Assembly (NCBI GenBank): GCA_965649825.1
Contig: OZ287706.1
Span: forward strand, 744,001-808,000
DNA from: Penicillus capitatus
Lineage: Eukaryota > Plantae > Chlorophyta
Direction of reading: 5' to 3'
Length of the DNA stretch: 64,000 bases
Numbering within the stretch: position 1 is the first letter of the stretch; the number at the start of each line of letters is the position of its first letter. Made by a program: the position numbers and the translations under genes. This document shows positions 35,812 to 48,119 of this stretch, one piece after another. Below the pieces are notes generated by a model that saw nothing but the letters and a program-made list of their open reading frames with translations, made no database searches and was not told the DNA's origin.

Positions 35812-38107
35812 ATGTCGTCTCGATCGAAGCGAAAGCGCGATGGCGTCGACACCGCCTCTGTCTTGGTTGACGGAGATGTCTTCACTTTTACGACCTGGCT
35901 TCGCGGGGCACGCTTTTGCAAAGTCGGTGGGGTCGCCATTGGCGAGTTTTTGGAATGCGACCGTCAACCTGACAAACCGTTTGACAAAAACGCCGTAGGG
36001 CTTCATCGGCGTAATAATGCGTTTGATCGCGTTGGCTATCTATGCCACGATATCTGTTTGCTTCTGGCGCCGTATCTCGATCGCAAATGCGTGACACTCT
36101 ACGTTCACGTCATCGACATCAAGAGAAAGAGCCCGTCGTCTATGGAAATCCGCATCGACGTCCACGGCACGATACACGAACAATTCGACGCCGACACGCG
36201 ACACGAATTCGAGAAGGCCTTGAGGGAAGGGCTGCGTCCATTAAACGGAATGTCCTCGAGTCGGGTTCTTGCACAAAATGCGAAGATGATGCTGAACGAC
36301 GTTATGCGAGACCATTCGCATCTGTTCGGGGACGAAGAAAGGAAGATCTACACGGAGATGCTGCATCTGGATGTAACGGCCACAGCACTGCTCCTGCGTT
36401 TGTACGTTCGAAAGGGAACGTGGTTTCGCCTGGACGATCCAAACCACTTCGATCGGGAAACATTCGAGGCATCTGTCGACGAACTCATTCGACTGGAATT
36501 CCTGCAATGCTTAGCAAGGGCACCGCATGCAGAACGCATTAACATTATGAGCTCGATGCTGACAGTGATTGAGATCAAAAAGCTGCTAAGGTGCTACCGA
36601 TCACAGAACGCGGTCTGTCGCATCCAGGGATGCAAAGACACCTTCATGAGGGAGCTCGAACGACTGCTGCACCAGGTTGAGCGATTCACTGCCTGATGTG
36701 ACAGTCGATGGTATGGATGCTGTAGGATGCTGATCGTATTGAAGCTTTGGAATGTGTGACTGGGAAATGTGTTGGTGTGACCGGCAGAGCTCGCCAGGCA
36801 TTAAACATCGCCGAACGGCTCTACTTTCTGAACACGGAACGAGATTGCGTGTCCTTCTTGCTGCACGAATCGAATCTCGTCAGATGGCCAAAATGCACGT
36901 CCTCGCCTATCTGTCGTAGAATTTTTGCAGATCGAAGGGGCATTCGATGACTACTTTGCTGCTCTTCAAGTGGCATCTGTGCTCGAAAACGCAGCGGCGG
37001 ATAGTGGATTCGTCTCATCATTGATCTGAAGCATCTAAAGAAACACGATGCTGCCTTGGAAGCATCCAACCAACTGCTGGAAGACAGCGAATACAAAGAT
37101 GAATTTGCTGGCGGGATCTTCACGCATAGTTTACTGAAGGAACACAACTATCATCGTTTTCACGCGCCCACTGCTGGAAAGGTGCTGGAGAAAAAGCATT
37201 GCTTTGGAAGACTCTTGGGTGCGCTTCGGCGACAGAGTTTCTGTCCAGAGGCATATGTTGAAGCCGAGTAAGCCTCGCTCTCTCCTTCCCTCCTTGGGCG
37301 CTAAGATTCAACAATGAGCCTCCCATGATCCGTGATCCGTGCCTCGCCCACACAGAGGGTTCGAGGAATCAAATCCAAATACATAGGAAAGACAGGCGAG
37401 GCTGTTAGCGTCGAACAACTCGCTCTGGAATTCTACCAAGAAACGGATCACGGATCGTGGAGAGGGACACATACAGAAGGCTCTATTTGGCACACCATCT
37501 TCGGTATTCTTTTCCGGGACATCATCTTCTCAGGTTCATTTCTCGGCAGAGTCTACAGATCCGTTAAGATGTATGTGCAGATGTCGAAGACGTGTTTAGG
37601 CATCCCTTTCAAACCGCCCCTTTGAATTTTGCCACGGATGCCTTCTACCCCGTCGCGACAAGAAGCTATCCGCCAACGTATATGGAACATCTGGGATGAT
37701 AACGGTTGCTCGATCTTTAAGGAACAGTGGAGTGCACATCAAAAAAAAGTGTGTCGTCGGGTGCGCTGGAATCGACACGAATGCGATGTGCACTTGGAGA
37801 TGATAAAATGCATAGGCGGTTACCGTATAGCTTCTATCTGCCGGGTCCTGGCAGAAGACTACAAGACCGTATCAAGTAAGCATCCTCCGGCTTCTCTGCA
37901 TAGCGCATCCTTCTATTGCCTAAGGAAGATTACCCGATCTGTTCTTGTGATATGTAGAACGGGGAAACTATAAACTGGTAGAAGTGAAGGGACCCAGAGA
38001 TCGAAAGGGCATGGATCACGACGCTGTACGATCTGCGTTTTGTTTTTGAAGTTTTTGAGTTGAACGGTGTCGCTCAGATAGAAGAACGTTTGTGTACAAT
38101 TCTGTAG
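35812..38107 (+). pseudogene. FAN1: Fanconi-associated nuclease 1 (HIRAN-WH/SAP-TPR-VRR_NUC) pseudogene
   Basis: HIRAN (DKPFDKNAV..VGYL), LLLRLYVRKGTWFR, SWVRFGDR, VEQLALEFY..GTHTEGSIW, LPDLFL, LVEVKGPRD. At least six lesions, including TGA at 37948-37950 and a 7-bp duplication at 37326-37339. Confidence 0.85.
37071..37196 (+). pseudogene. Phosphatidylserine-decarboxylase-like fragment embedded in FAN1
   Basis: QLLEDSEYKDEFAGGIFTHSLLKEHNYHRFHAPTAGKVLEK carries the PSD-family YHRFHAP motif. Confidence 0.7.
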
Positions 38108-39388
38108 CAAAAGGAAACCCGAATAACAACGCGTGCAGAACGACCAGACATTTCTGCATGAAGCATTGTTCCCCATGGATAAAGATGTTAGTGCCGATCA
38201 GGCCTAACTATCTTGATGGTTAAGGTATAGAGGGCTTCAGGCAGCTAGCTACTGTGTAGCAAAGCTATCATCATCTTCGATGTTTACTGGCACATTCAGG
38301 TCGCCTGCAATTTCATGGACAACTTCTGACCACTGACGCGCGATAGAGCACAGACTTTTTTCGATCCGCCTGACTACATTTGTCGCTAACCCAAACCCGA
38401 AAACGAAACTTAAGAAAGTGTCAGTCGCACGTCCTCAGATTACCGGATCCTCCTCACAGAATGATGTGACTTTCCGCTTTCCATCAATCCGTTGCGCGAT
38501 GCCGTGCGTCGGACGATACCGTTTTGTTTCCATTTATCCACCTTTAGTGTATATCCAGCAGGTCGAAGGTGCAAAAGAACGCACACTTAAGAAATTGAAC
38601 CTATCGCTTTGCTCAAGATGTATACAGACCTCAGTTCTCCACCCTCTCGCCCGTTCCTTAGCGAAGAGACAGGATTCGACATAGTAAGTGCTTCTTACCT
38701 ACCTATGTCTTAATGAAGAGACCAATCGTCCTCTGACAAGTATCCCCGCCAGATCTCGCTCTGAATTGCACATGCCGTAAAATTTGTTTTGCAGATGCTC
38801 AACCGTCATGCCTTCCTCTCGTTATAATCAGGAAATGAAGACGATAGAATCCCTCTCTCTCTCAGCGACCGGTAGGTTCACCAATGGTTATATAACAGAG
38901 CAATTCACAGCATCTCTACAGCCACATCTAGACCATCCGATATCGATCTAATGTGCAATACCACTAACAGGTTGCTTTGCCACTGCACCCGATTGGCACT
39001 GGCAAGGAGGACAAGGACACTCAGTAGTGGTCGCCCGTCGCCGTTTCCATACATCATGAACGCTGTCTGTGTCAATCGCATTTCTGGTTCTCTTTGCCCA
39101 GCGCGCCCTTCAGATCTCTGATTGAAGGATAGGTTTGATTGAGGGGCATCTGTTGCCAATTAGGAGATATCGTCACGAATTCCACTAGAAACAACGCCAG
39201 GATAAAAAGCGGCATGTGTACGAGAGAAATCTCCAGTGCACCACCAATCTCTTCAGAGCGGTCAGTGTCAAGTTAGCAGATCGTTGATCCGCGTGATGCG
39301 ACGTGGAGCAAGCGAGCGGCTCTTAAGCGCCGTCTCGTATCTTTTCGCCGCTCTTCCCTTTTTCCTCCCTACCCTCTCGGTTCTGTCC

Positions 39389-40661
39389 ATGGCGTCAATG
39401 CGTCTTCCTCGTCTTTCCCCGTTTCTTTGCGGTCTCATACTGACAACGATCGCTCTGCATACCCTCGCAGAGCCAACGTGTACTGTCGACCGATATCTCA
39501 ACGAATGCGGTAGACCACGTCTCGCTGTTGCCCGAGACTTAACAGCGATGCCATACCAGGATACCTTGGCATTCAACAAGCCGAATGCGAGAGTAGAGGT
39601 TGCTGCTGGAATCCGAATGTTCCACAGGGACAACCTTGGTGCTTTAACAAGAATGGAGGCTACACGTACTTCGCGCCAGAGTTGCCCCGTATCGACTGCG
39701 GTAAGCACGCTGAACATCTTTTCTTGATGTGAGGAATACCGTATGCAGGTCACTTTGGCATTTTCCGCTCGGAATGCGAGACTCGTGGATGTATGTATTC
39801 GCCCGCCTTTGGACAATCCTGGTGCTTCTTCCCCAACACCAACACCGATCCAGACTCGTGTCCTTACCGTCGCGTCGAGTGCGGTAAGCGGGCGGCAAAA
39901 CAGCGCCGCCTTTCTAACCGTCCCCTCCTTCCTGCCCCGCAGGTTTTGTTGGAATCGGTCAGGACGAGTGTGAAAGCCGTGGGTGTTGTTGGTATCCTTT
40001 GGGACAGGGATCTGCAGAGCCCTGGTGTTTCCACAGCATCCACTCCGAACCTGCCACTGTCGCTGAGGCATCACCCGAGGAACCAACAGAGACGACAACA
40101 CCCCCCGAGGAACCAACAGTAGAGACGACAACACCCCCCGAGGAACCAACAGCAGAGACGACACCACCACCAGAGGAATCAGAAGAAGAGATGCCCGTCG
40201 TGGAGTTGCCAGCCGAGCTCGCAGGAATGATGGTTCCAGTAGAGGAGGGAGAAGGCTTGGCTATTCAAACCCAACCGGAAGAAAGCCCCACAGCAGTAGC
40301 GGGAGAACAGACAGGAGAGCCGGCAACGGAGGCATCAGCTGAAGCGCCTGCCATGGCCGAGAGCATGACTGTGCTGCCGAATGAGCATCTGCAGGACGAG
40401 ACCTCTCAAGCCATGGAACTCAATTTCGACATCGATACGTTCGAGAAGAACATTCCGAAGTCGGCTTACTACCAAAACCATCAGGATGGTTTTCGCGTAC
40501 CCTGTGATACGGAAGCACTAACAGAACACGAGTGTCTGGCGATTGTGGAATGCCATTGGGTTCCGGAAGTGACGCCTGGATTCGGTGCTTGTATGAAGCG
40601 CCTTTCCGATCCAGGACGTCGCAGCATGGGAAAATTCTTCAAACCCAGAACCATTTACTAG
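39389..40661 (+). CDS. Secreted protein with three trefoil (P-type) domains, mucin-like PEEPT repeats and a C-terminal Cys-rich domain
   Basis: Signal peptide. After splicing: ECG|YLGIQQAECESRGCCW..PWCF, DCG|HFGIFRSECETRGCMY..SWCF, ECG|FVGIGQDECESRGCCW..PWCF. Confidence 0.85.
40073..40177 (+). repeat. Coding tandem repeat, 30-33 bp units (PEEPT[VA]ETTT)
   Basis: cccgaggaaccaacag(ta/ca)gagacgaca repeated 3 times plus a partial copy. Confidence 0.9.
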
Positions 40662-41829
40662 ACCTCCAGCGATTGCAGAACATGAAGATTGTGCCCTAAG
40701 GCAACAGAATCCAAATCTTCCACGCAATATTTGCCACCAATGTTCAATTCATCTTTTTTTCTTGCTCAGCGGTAGGTCCCTGGCCCGTGGGTCGATAAAC
40801 CGCCGCGATGAATCGATCTTAATATTCATGGCAATAGACACCCAGAATCTATGTAACTGACAACCCGATATTTGCCCGATTTCGCGTCTCATACGTTTTT
40901 TCCTGCCATGCAGGTCACCCCTCGGTCGACGTGTGGGGTTTTCACTGCGGACGACAACAAATCGAGATTCGTCGATCGAGCCGTTTTCTTCACACGTGTG
41001 TAACAGCGCGTCGTCAGATGGCAACGATGAGAACCGTTTGCATCTGTCGCATCCTTGCATTCAGAAAAGGAGCGTGTGATATCCGAACAGACGCCGAATG
41101 CACGGTCTTCATCAATCCCCCTTCACCACGATTACATCCGAATAACTCCACAGAAAAGACGGTACAGCTCCTATCTGCCGTGCTTGCGATCTAGACAGTC
41201 ATCAAAAGTAACATCTGTGTCGTTCGTGACGCATGGACGAAGGAAGGGCTTTCCTTATCTGCCCTCCATCTCCGATATCAGCTGTCGTGAGACCGAATGT
41301 GCCCTGCGGTCTCTTTTTCAGATTAAGCTGAATACTGACGTCCCGTCGACGGGCCACATGGTCGCAGAAGGAGGAGGCGCCATTCAACCTGTCGCCATCG
41401 AAGACCACAGATCGTCCTGTCTATTCCCTTTCGAGGAACTTGCACTCCCTTCCCGAACGCCACAACGGCTGCACGACTTCTGCCAAGTGATGTTGGTAAA
41501 CGACCGCCTCAGAATTGCGTCAGCGGCTTCCCTGATACCTCTGCACTGCTGCAGTACAGAAAGATCATGCGGAAGGAAGAGATCGGGAGACTTAAGGACA
41601 TTAAGTCAGGTAACGTGAACATGCCTTGTTGAGTCGTCACCGGCACGCATCACAAACCGCTGTCGAGTCGAGCACGGACGGTTCACGCACCGCATTATCT
41701 CGCATTCAATAGAAAGCGAACGCGTTTCAACCAGTGCGCAGATCTTCGTCGGAGTTGTCCCTTTAATGAACTGCTTGGGGACTGGCAGGCACAACGAGCA
41801 CACTTTCTCACTCGCCGTTTTGTCGCGCT

Positions 41830-43185
41830 ATGTACCGAGTGGGAGACGTCATAGAGGGCGGATATTTCGTCCGAGAAGTCTTCCGAATTCGAGCAAACGG
41901 CGCCATTTGCCGAGTACGCCTGCTAAAGACATCAAAAAGCCCTCCCTGTTAGCTACAGGAGTTGTCTCCAGTGCACAAGATATGGAGATGGCAGCGATGT
42001 GACAATTGAATGTATATTCCTCAGAGCAATGGATCTTCCTGAAACTGCAGACTACTACGAGCAACGCAAAATGGCAGGCAACGGCTCATCCCTCCCTTTG
42101 CTCATGCATGCACACTGCAGGATATTCTCACGGGCAGTTCGCAGAATCGAGAACAGCGACCGGAATGGTTTGAGATCGAAGTCGACGGGAATAGAATCCT
42201 ACACATCATTCAAGTGTGACCGATGCGCTCATTCCTTTCTTCAGTGAACGGCGGCAGTCTACAGGACTGTTATCCGCAGATCGTTTGCCGGATTCTGCAC
42301 CTTACACCTCCTGAGAGGATCTGGTGCGTCCGTCACATCATGCGCGCATCGATCGACTGACCACGCTGTGCTCTCACGCAGCACGGACGTCGAAGTAAGG
42401 CCCGGGCCAGAGGATGCCCGACCGACCGTAAGGAGAGGTCAACGCTGTCTGGAGATCGACGTCCCTCCACCGTTTCGATATCGAAGTGCGTGCATCGCGT
42501 CTCGTCATTCCTGTAGATTGGCCTGTTCATGGTGGGTGTGTTGCTCGCCAGCCTTGCCCTTTCTCGTCATGCTCGTTCTTTGCATTTCCATCTTTCTGCT
42601 GGCGACAGGCCTCCTCGCTTTCTCTTCATACACTGCAATGCATAAAGTCATGGATGGAAGTACGGGATTCCCTGGCCGTCCGTGCAATGCGATGCGTTTC
42701 GTGTTTGGCAGGACACTACGTACTTAACTCTCTTCTTATTCTCATGTGGCTGTTTGTACTGCCTCTGCCTGCTCTGTTCGTCGCGATGCTGTCCGGCCGG
42801 CAGTTGTTGATCATCGCACCATGCACGTTCGAAGTCAGAAGGACGATCGGACGACCTCTGCGCTCATCCGCCGATGCACCTCCCACCTGCCATCTCTGGA
42901 AGCCATCCCGCATCGACAGAATGCTGCGCCGACAAGTCACAGGCAAAACGCGAGATCTGACGAAGGCAGAAGTAAGAACAATGCCGCTTCCCACGATCGA
43001 GACAGACATGTCCTGTGGTGCAGGTGAAGGCATCGACCTGTTGTGCCTCCACGGTTTCAATGTTAGTCTTAGCTGAAGTCCGCAGAGAATATCAACTGTT
43101 TCCACTTCTTTCGCTATCCGAGCAAGTGTGGCTCGCGAGGGAGATTTGTTCTTTCCTCGAGAGCATACCAAGAGGAGAACCGTGA
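41830..43185 (+). CDS. Degenerate kinase-N-lobe + TM + C-terminal PH-like domain protein, paralog A
   Basis: Exon-by-exon alignment to paralog B (YRVGDV..., same 34-aa exon 2, RPEWFE, CLEIDVPP, GRQLLI...FEVRRTIG, GKTRDL, EQVWLAREI). One exon junction near 42200-42260 is uncertain. Confidence 0.65.
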
Positions 43186-43699
43186 TTTCTCGAATCAAAT
43201 GCCCACATATGTCATGCTGTGTATGATAGATAGTCTTCTTTCATATGACGCTCAAGTGCAATGTGCTGTCGGAAAAAGGACGAGTGCTCCCTGCCAATGG
43301 CAGATCCACATCCATCAGCCGCGCGGATCGTCTCGATCGACAGATCGGGAAACGCATTCAAAAGCCAGAATGGTTGATTACAATGAATGGGAAGAATCTC
43401 GAATAACAACACGGGAATTCAAGATAGATCTTCTAGAGAGTGTCGCGTTATTGTGCACGTACACACTAAGTCTTCTTCAAAGCCTCTGTGCCGCGAACAG
43501 TGACGAAGCCCATGAAACGGACGGCATTTCTATCTGTACAGCTCTCGCGGATACTATCCCCCATCCCCCACTGGTCGCTTCGACAAAACAACTTGAACTG
43601 ATGCGTCATCTTCGTTAGTGACGGAAAGAGAATTGAGGCATCCATGTCGCACAGTGCGTTTGGTGTTGCGCCTGGTGCTTACTCTAAATTGGATTCGCC

Positions 43700-45155
43700 T
43701 CACAGATTCACTGGAGCATTCAGATTGATGCACTCCAGGATTAGGTTGACCTCATCGGCAATCCATTCTTGTTCTTCTATGGAAAGGAAAGGAAACACGC
43801 GCTGTCGCGTGATGCTTCCGCTCAAAACAATCGTGCTTATATTCATGCAGCGGTCCTGTCCTTGTTCCACCTGCGCCGCCCGTCGTGACCTATCTGTGGG
43901 ATAACGAGATTTATGCATCACCTCCGCCTTCTTTAGATCTTTCGTCTTGCTTGTTACTTGTGCCCTGAACCATCTATCGAAACAGGAAGTGTGCCATCCG
44001 TCGATGCGGTCGCAGAAACGGGATTTATGCCAAAAAGGCAGTCCCAGTGTCCTTCTCACTTCGAAGTCGCTGTAGCTGATCCTCAGATGCTGGCGACCGA
44101 AGAACATCGCACAGAAGACAAACGGCGAGAGAGTGACGACTGCCCAGAAGGGCGCCAAGAAGACAACGTGCCAACGCCCTCCTAAAAGAAGAGACATTCG
44201 ACGGCAGACAGGCGAGACGCAGAGGTGTCGACCGCGATCGGCGATGTGGTCGACGAGGAGACATGTTATGAACGAAAGGACACCGACAAACGCCAAGAAG
44301 ACGAGCGTCAAGAGACAGAGCGCAAGCAACCATGGACGACCTGACGGACACAGGTCAGACAAACCGACACCGAAACGCGTGATAGGACGGACTTAAGCGC
44401 GTCCACAGTGGCGGAACGTCGACTTCCAGAAAGCACTCGCCGTATCTTCGCACCGAAGACCATGCGTTCTGCGGTCCATGTCGTACTTCCTCGGCGATTC
44501 CGCACCTGCGAGAGCATGTAGAGGGAGGGGCATGTGGAGGCGTCGGGTGCACCTGGAAGGATGAACGATGGCGTGGCAGCAGGTGGAGCGCAGTTCAGAA
44601 ACGGAACGTCCCTGTTACGTACACCGTTTCTGTTTTTGTGGCCTCAGGGGTGAAGTGCAGTTACTGCGACGACTAGAAAGCGCTTGTTGTTTCCTTCCTG
44701 TGTCTCCAGCCATGGAGGCCTCTGCAGCCGACGATCGCTGTGCTCGGTCAACAGCTCCTTCAGAAACAGAATCCAGAGAATGAATGGCCTCGGCGAAGGC
44801 TGTACGTGCTTCGCCTTCTCGTAGACGCCCGGTGAGAACGGAGGCTGCGTCGAGCACAGAGACAGGCAGTCAAAGATCACTTCACATCCGTCGCGCAGAT
44901 TTGCACACTGCAACATAGCATGCGTGATAGTGTCGTCCCAGAAGATCGGTACGAAGACGCACGCGGCATACGGTCGTGCCTCGTGGAGTCAGTTGGACTT
45001 CCTCGATGAGGTACCGCTCAAAAACAACGTCGCCAACGCGGTACGCCGACGAGCAATTGTCTGCAACAGAGATGCGTCCGAGTATTGTAAGAGGTCACAC
45101 GGCAAGAGCCAGTTCGGCGCGGCCGTGGAGGAGGGACCTTACCAGCAGAGACCAT
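43700..45155 (-). CDS. Degenerate kinase-N-lobe + TM + C-terminal PH-like domain protein, paralog B
   Basis: YRVGDVVFERYLI, CLSL, FLVVA|GRSVSEL, FLEVDVPP, TM segments, APFW, FFGRQHLRI, SKTKDL, EQEWIADEV. All introns are GT-AG. Confidence 0.7.
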
Positions 45156-45971
45156 CCGGTTAGAAAAGGTCGTTTCACGAGTTCTTGGATTTCGTCGTCT
45201 ACAATGATCTACACGGTTTAAGTTAAGCGCCCAGGATTTCAGGTGTCTTTTCTGACACGCGGAAGGCCGCACCGCGACTCGCAATTATGCACAGTGTTCT
45301 CAGCTATTTGTGGCCGTTCGCTAAACGAGGCATGATATTACATCCAGGCATTCAGCTATCGATGGAACCCCGCAGAAATTGTCTTGTTGTGCCCACGCAA
45401 TTGTGGTCAGATACATGGCATGTATTCAAACGGCAAGGCCGCGCCTTTGCGCTTTGTCTCATCAGCGCACCATTATGATACCACAAACGTCAGAGCACAT
45501 GCCAAGCGGCTGTATCACTCGAACGACGGACGTTCCATGATGTCGTTCGCTGCTTAGAGCCAAAGGCTCGAGGCAAGTGGAGATTCACAAGACACCTCGA
45601 GACGGACAAGGCAATCCGAAATCAACTTCGAATGGAAAAAAAGCATTTGCAGGTTCTGCGTCATCGCGGATCGACGCTGCCGTAAGACAGATGCCGCGAC
45701 GAGTATTTAGAACGCGACGCCGAGTGCCGTCACCTCGGCCATCGTCTGTCGCGATGCGTCCAGACCGAACGATGCCATGCAAACCTGCAAGAAAAGTCAC
45801 GGGCGCACCTCTGTCTCTGCCATTCGGCTGCGCGAGCGCATCTCTCTAGGTAAGGTATCCTCCCATGGACGGATTGGGGATGGATCGTGTCCCATGGTGG
45901 GTCCGAGGGAGATGACTCATGTTGAATCATCGACGGCTCCTCTGCAAGTAGCTCCCTCTGTACCTCTTCGA

Positions 45972-47264
45972 ATGTTGTATGCGCGTTTGAGTCGTTCCGC
46001 TTTCATCGGTTCGCCTCTACCAACTCGACATCTCTTAACACGTCGAGTCGCCAGTCGTTGCGTCGCAGCAGTGGCGGAAATGGTCTCCACAGACGATCTC
46101 AAACAGTGCCACAAGGAGCTGATACCGCTCATACAGTCGAAGAACTGCAATCCGATTCTCGTGCGACTGGCCTGGCACGACTCCGGAACATACAACAAGG
46201 TACAGACGCCATATCATGAAGTGCAAGCGACGATGGCGTCGCAGGACATGGCGGACAGGTGGCCCGTTTGCGGCGGCGCGAATGGGAGCATTCGTTTCAA
46301 ACCCGAGATCGATCACGGTGCCAACGCCGGTGCGCTGTCCATCTCGTCGCCACCGTTGTCGAGCGATGTTGTTGGCATGAAGGTTTGGCGAATGCCTTGG
46401 CGTTGGTAGAGCCCATCAAACAGAAGTACCCAAATGTGTCTTACGCGGACATCTACCAGATGGCCTCCGCTGTGGCCATCGAGGTGAACGCTTTCCATCA
46501 GCACGAGATCTCTTCACCGTGTAACAGGTCGCTGGAGGACCGAAGATTCCGATGCGCTACGGTCGCACAGACGCCACGGGACCAGACGACTGCCCAGTCG
46601 AAGGAAACCTCCCAGGTGTGATAGGGAGACGTTAGCCTACATGTGGGATCGTTGTTCTGCAGCGGGTGGCGCGCCGTATCCTAAAGAGGCGAAGGGCCCG
46701 GCGGCGCATCTGCGCGATATCTTCTATCGCATGGGACTGACGGACCAGGACATCGTGGCTCTGTCAGGGGCACACACCATCGGACGCGCCTATCCAACAC
46801 GATCTGGATTCGGTACGGTGGGATCGTCGGCGGAGGACGGCGTTATCGGATGCGACTGGCAGGGAAAGAAAGGACGAAGTACACGGAGAAAGGCCCGGGT
46901 ACGGTCGGCGGCAGCTCGTGGACACCGGAGTGGCTCAAGTTCGACAACTCTTACTTTGTGGTGGGACACATCCGCCAGCTGTCTTTTCGCAGCTGTGCCC
47001 TCTCGCTGTAGGAAGTGAAGGAGAAACGCGATGCCGATTTGCTGGTGCTCGAGACTGATGCATGCCTCTTCGAAGACGACGCATTCAAGTCCGCACATCA
47101 CGGATTATGCATGACCCGAGTGCGATCTTTCTGTGCACAGGCCCTATGCTGAGAAGTACGCCGCCGATCAGGCTGCGTTCTTCGCGGACTACGCCGCCTC
47201 GCATGCGAAGCTCTCGGAGCTCGGCGTCAAGTGGGTCGAAGGCGGTCCTGTGACACTGGAGTGA
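45972..47264 (+). CDS. APX: Plastid ascorbate peroxidase
   Basis: [56 protein letters not shown]; transit peptide. Confidence 0.96.
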
Positions 47265-47319
47265 GATTCGAAGACAGTCGTCACCAACACTGAACGTCTC
47301 TTTCGTTGCCAACGATTTT

Positions 47320-48104
47320 TCATCCGATCTGCTGTTTACTCGGCATCGGCAGTTCTCTTAACGAATTTCTCACACAGTCACACGAAAATTCGCGAAGAAA
47401 TCCGGCATGCGACTGACGACGCTCTTGAAATCCGTGAACGTCAGACCGGCGTCCATAGGATCGACCTCGGCAAACACCCGTTCGAGTACCTAACCGACAC
47501 CTCATGCACACCGTCCGTCTAATTCGCCGATCCATACTCGGTCAAGCTCGTTTCGTTTGAGTCTGGATTCGCTCTTCGACGTGCGGGCGGAGTTTCCGTC
47601 GGCGGCTTTGATCGGCGGCGAGGAGGAGATCAATCGCAATCCGGTCTTGATATCGTGCGCGCCGATCAAGTCATCTCCTATACGTCGTTATGCATCCCCT
47701 GCCTTCGTTGTGTGATACCAAACCGTCGAAATCCCACATGGCAAACGCCCAGACGAGTTTGATCTCCGGGTTCGTGCGTTCGGAGAAGATTCCGGTCAGA
47801 TTGACGAACTGCCGGAAGGTCAGCGATTCGCTGCCGTCTTCGCTGAAGAGGCGACACAGTCGACGGGCAAAGGGATTCGAGCGCATCTCCATCAGACGAC
47901 AGAGCTCCTGCATCGAGTGGCGACGTCGATGGGAGTCGCGTATTGACGATGACGGACATGGAATTCGAGGCGGCCACTGTCGTCTTCATCGAGCGATCGA
48001 AACTTCGCCGACAGCCGCAGAATCTCATCGAAAGTGAACGGCGTCGTTTTTGCATAGGTCTTGAGTGTACGCGCCTCTGGAGACAGAAACCAATCGCAGA
48101 ACAT
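47320..48104 (-). CDS. Calcineurin-B/CIB-like EF-hand protein
   Basis: FTFDEILRLSAKFRSLDEDDSG, NPFARRLCRLF, KLVWAFAMWDFDG|DDLIG. 5' end ambiguous (see findings). Confidence 0.8.
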
Positions 48105-48119
48105 GATGACGTCATGCAA

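Noticed and set aside
37948-37950. TGA as selenocysteine or readthrough in FAN1 (and Sec in MsrB)
   Set aside because: The position corresponds to Trp, the gene has several other lesions, and MsrB has a normal Cys (RYCMN).
39268-40170. Long antisense or alternative-frame ORFs (also 18481-19443, 48802-49878, 56916-57647, 59162-60184)
   Set aside because: Mostly shadows of GC-rich coding exons and stop-free introns of the genes already called.
40073-40177. Short repeat array resembling CRISPR
   Set aside because: No unique spacers; it is an in-frame coding tandem repeat in a eukaryotic gene.
40750-41620. Possible spliced minus-strand hypothetical gene
   Set aside because: Some splice-like signals exist, but no convincing full frame or homology could be reconstructed.
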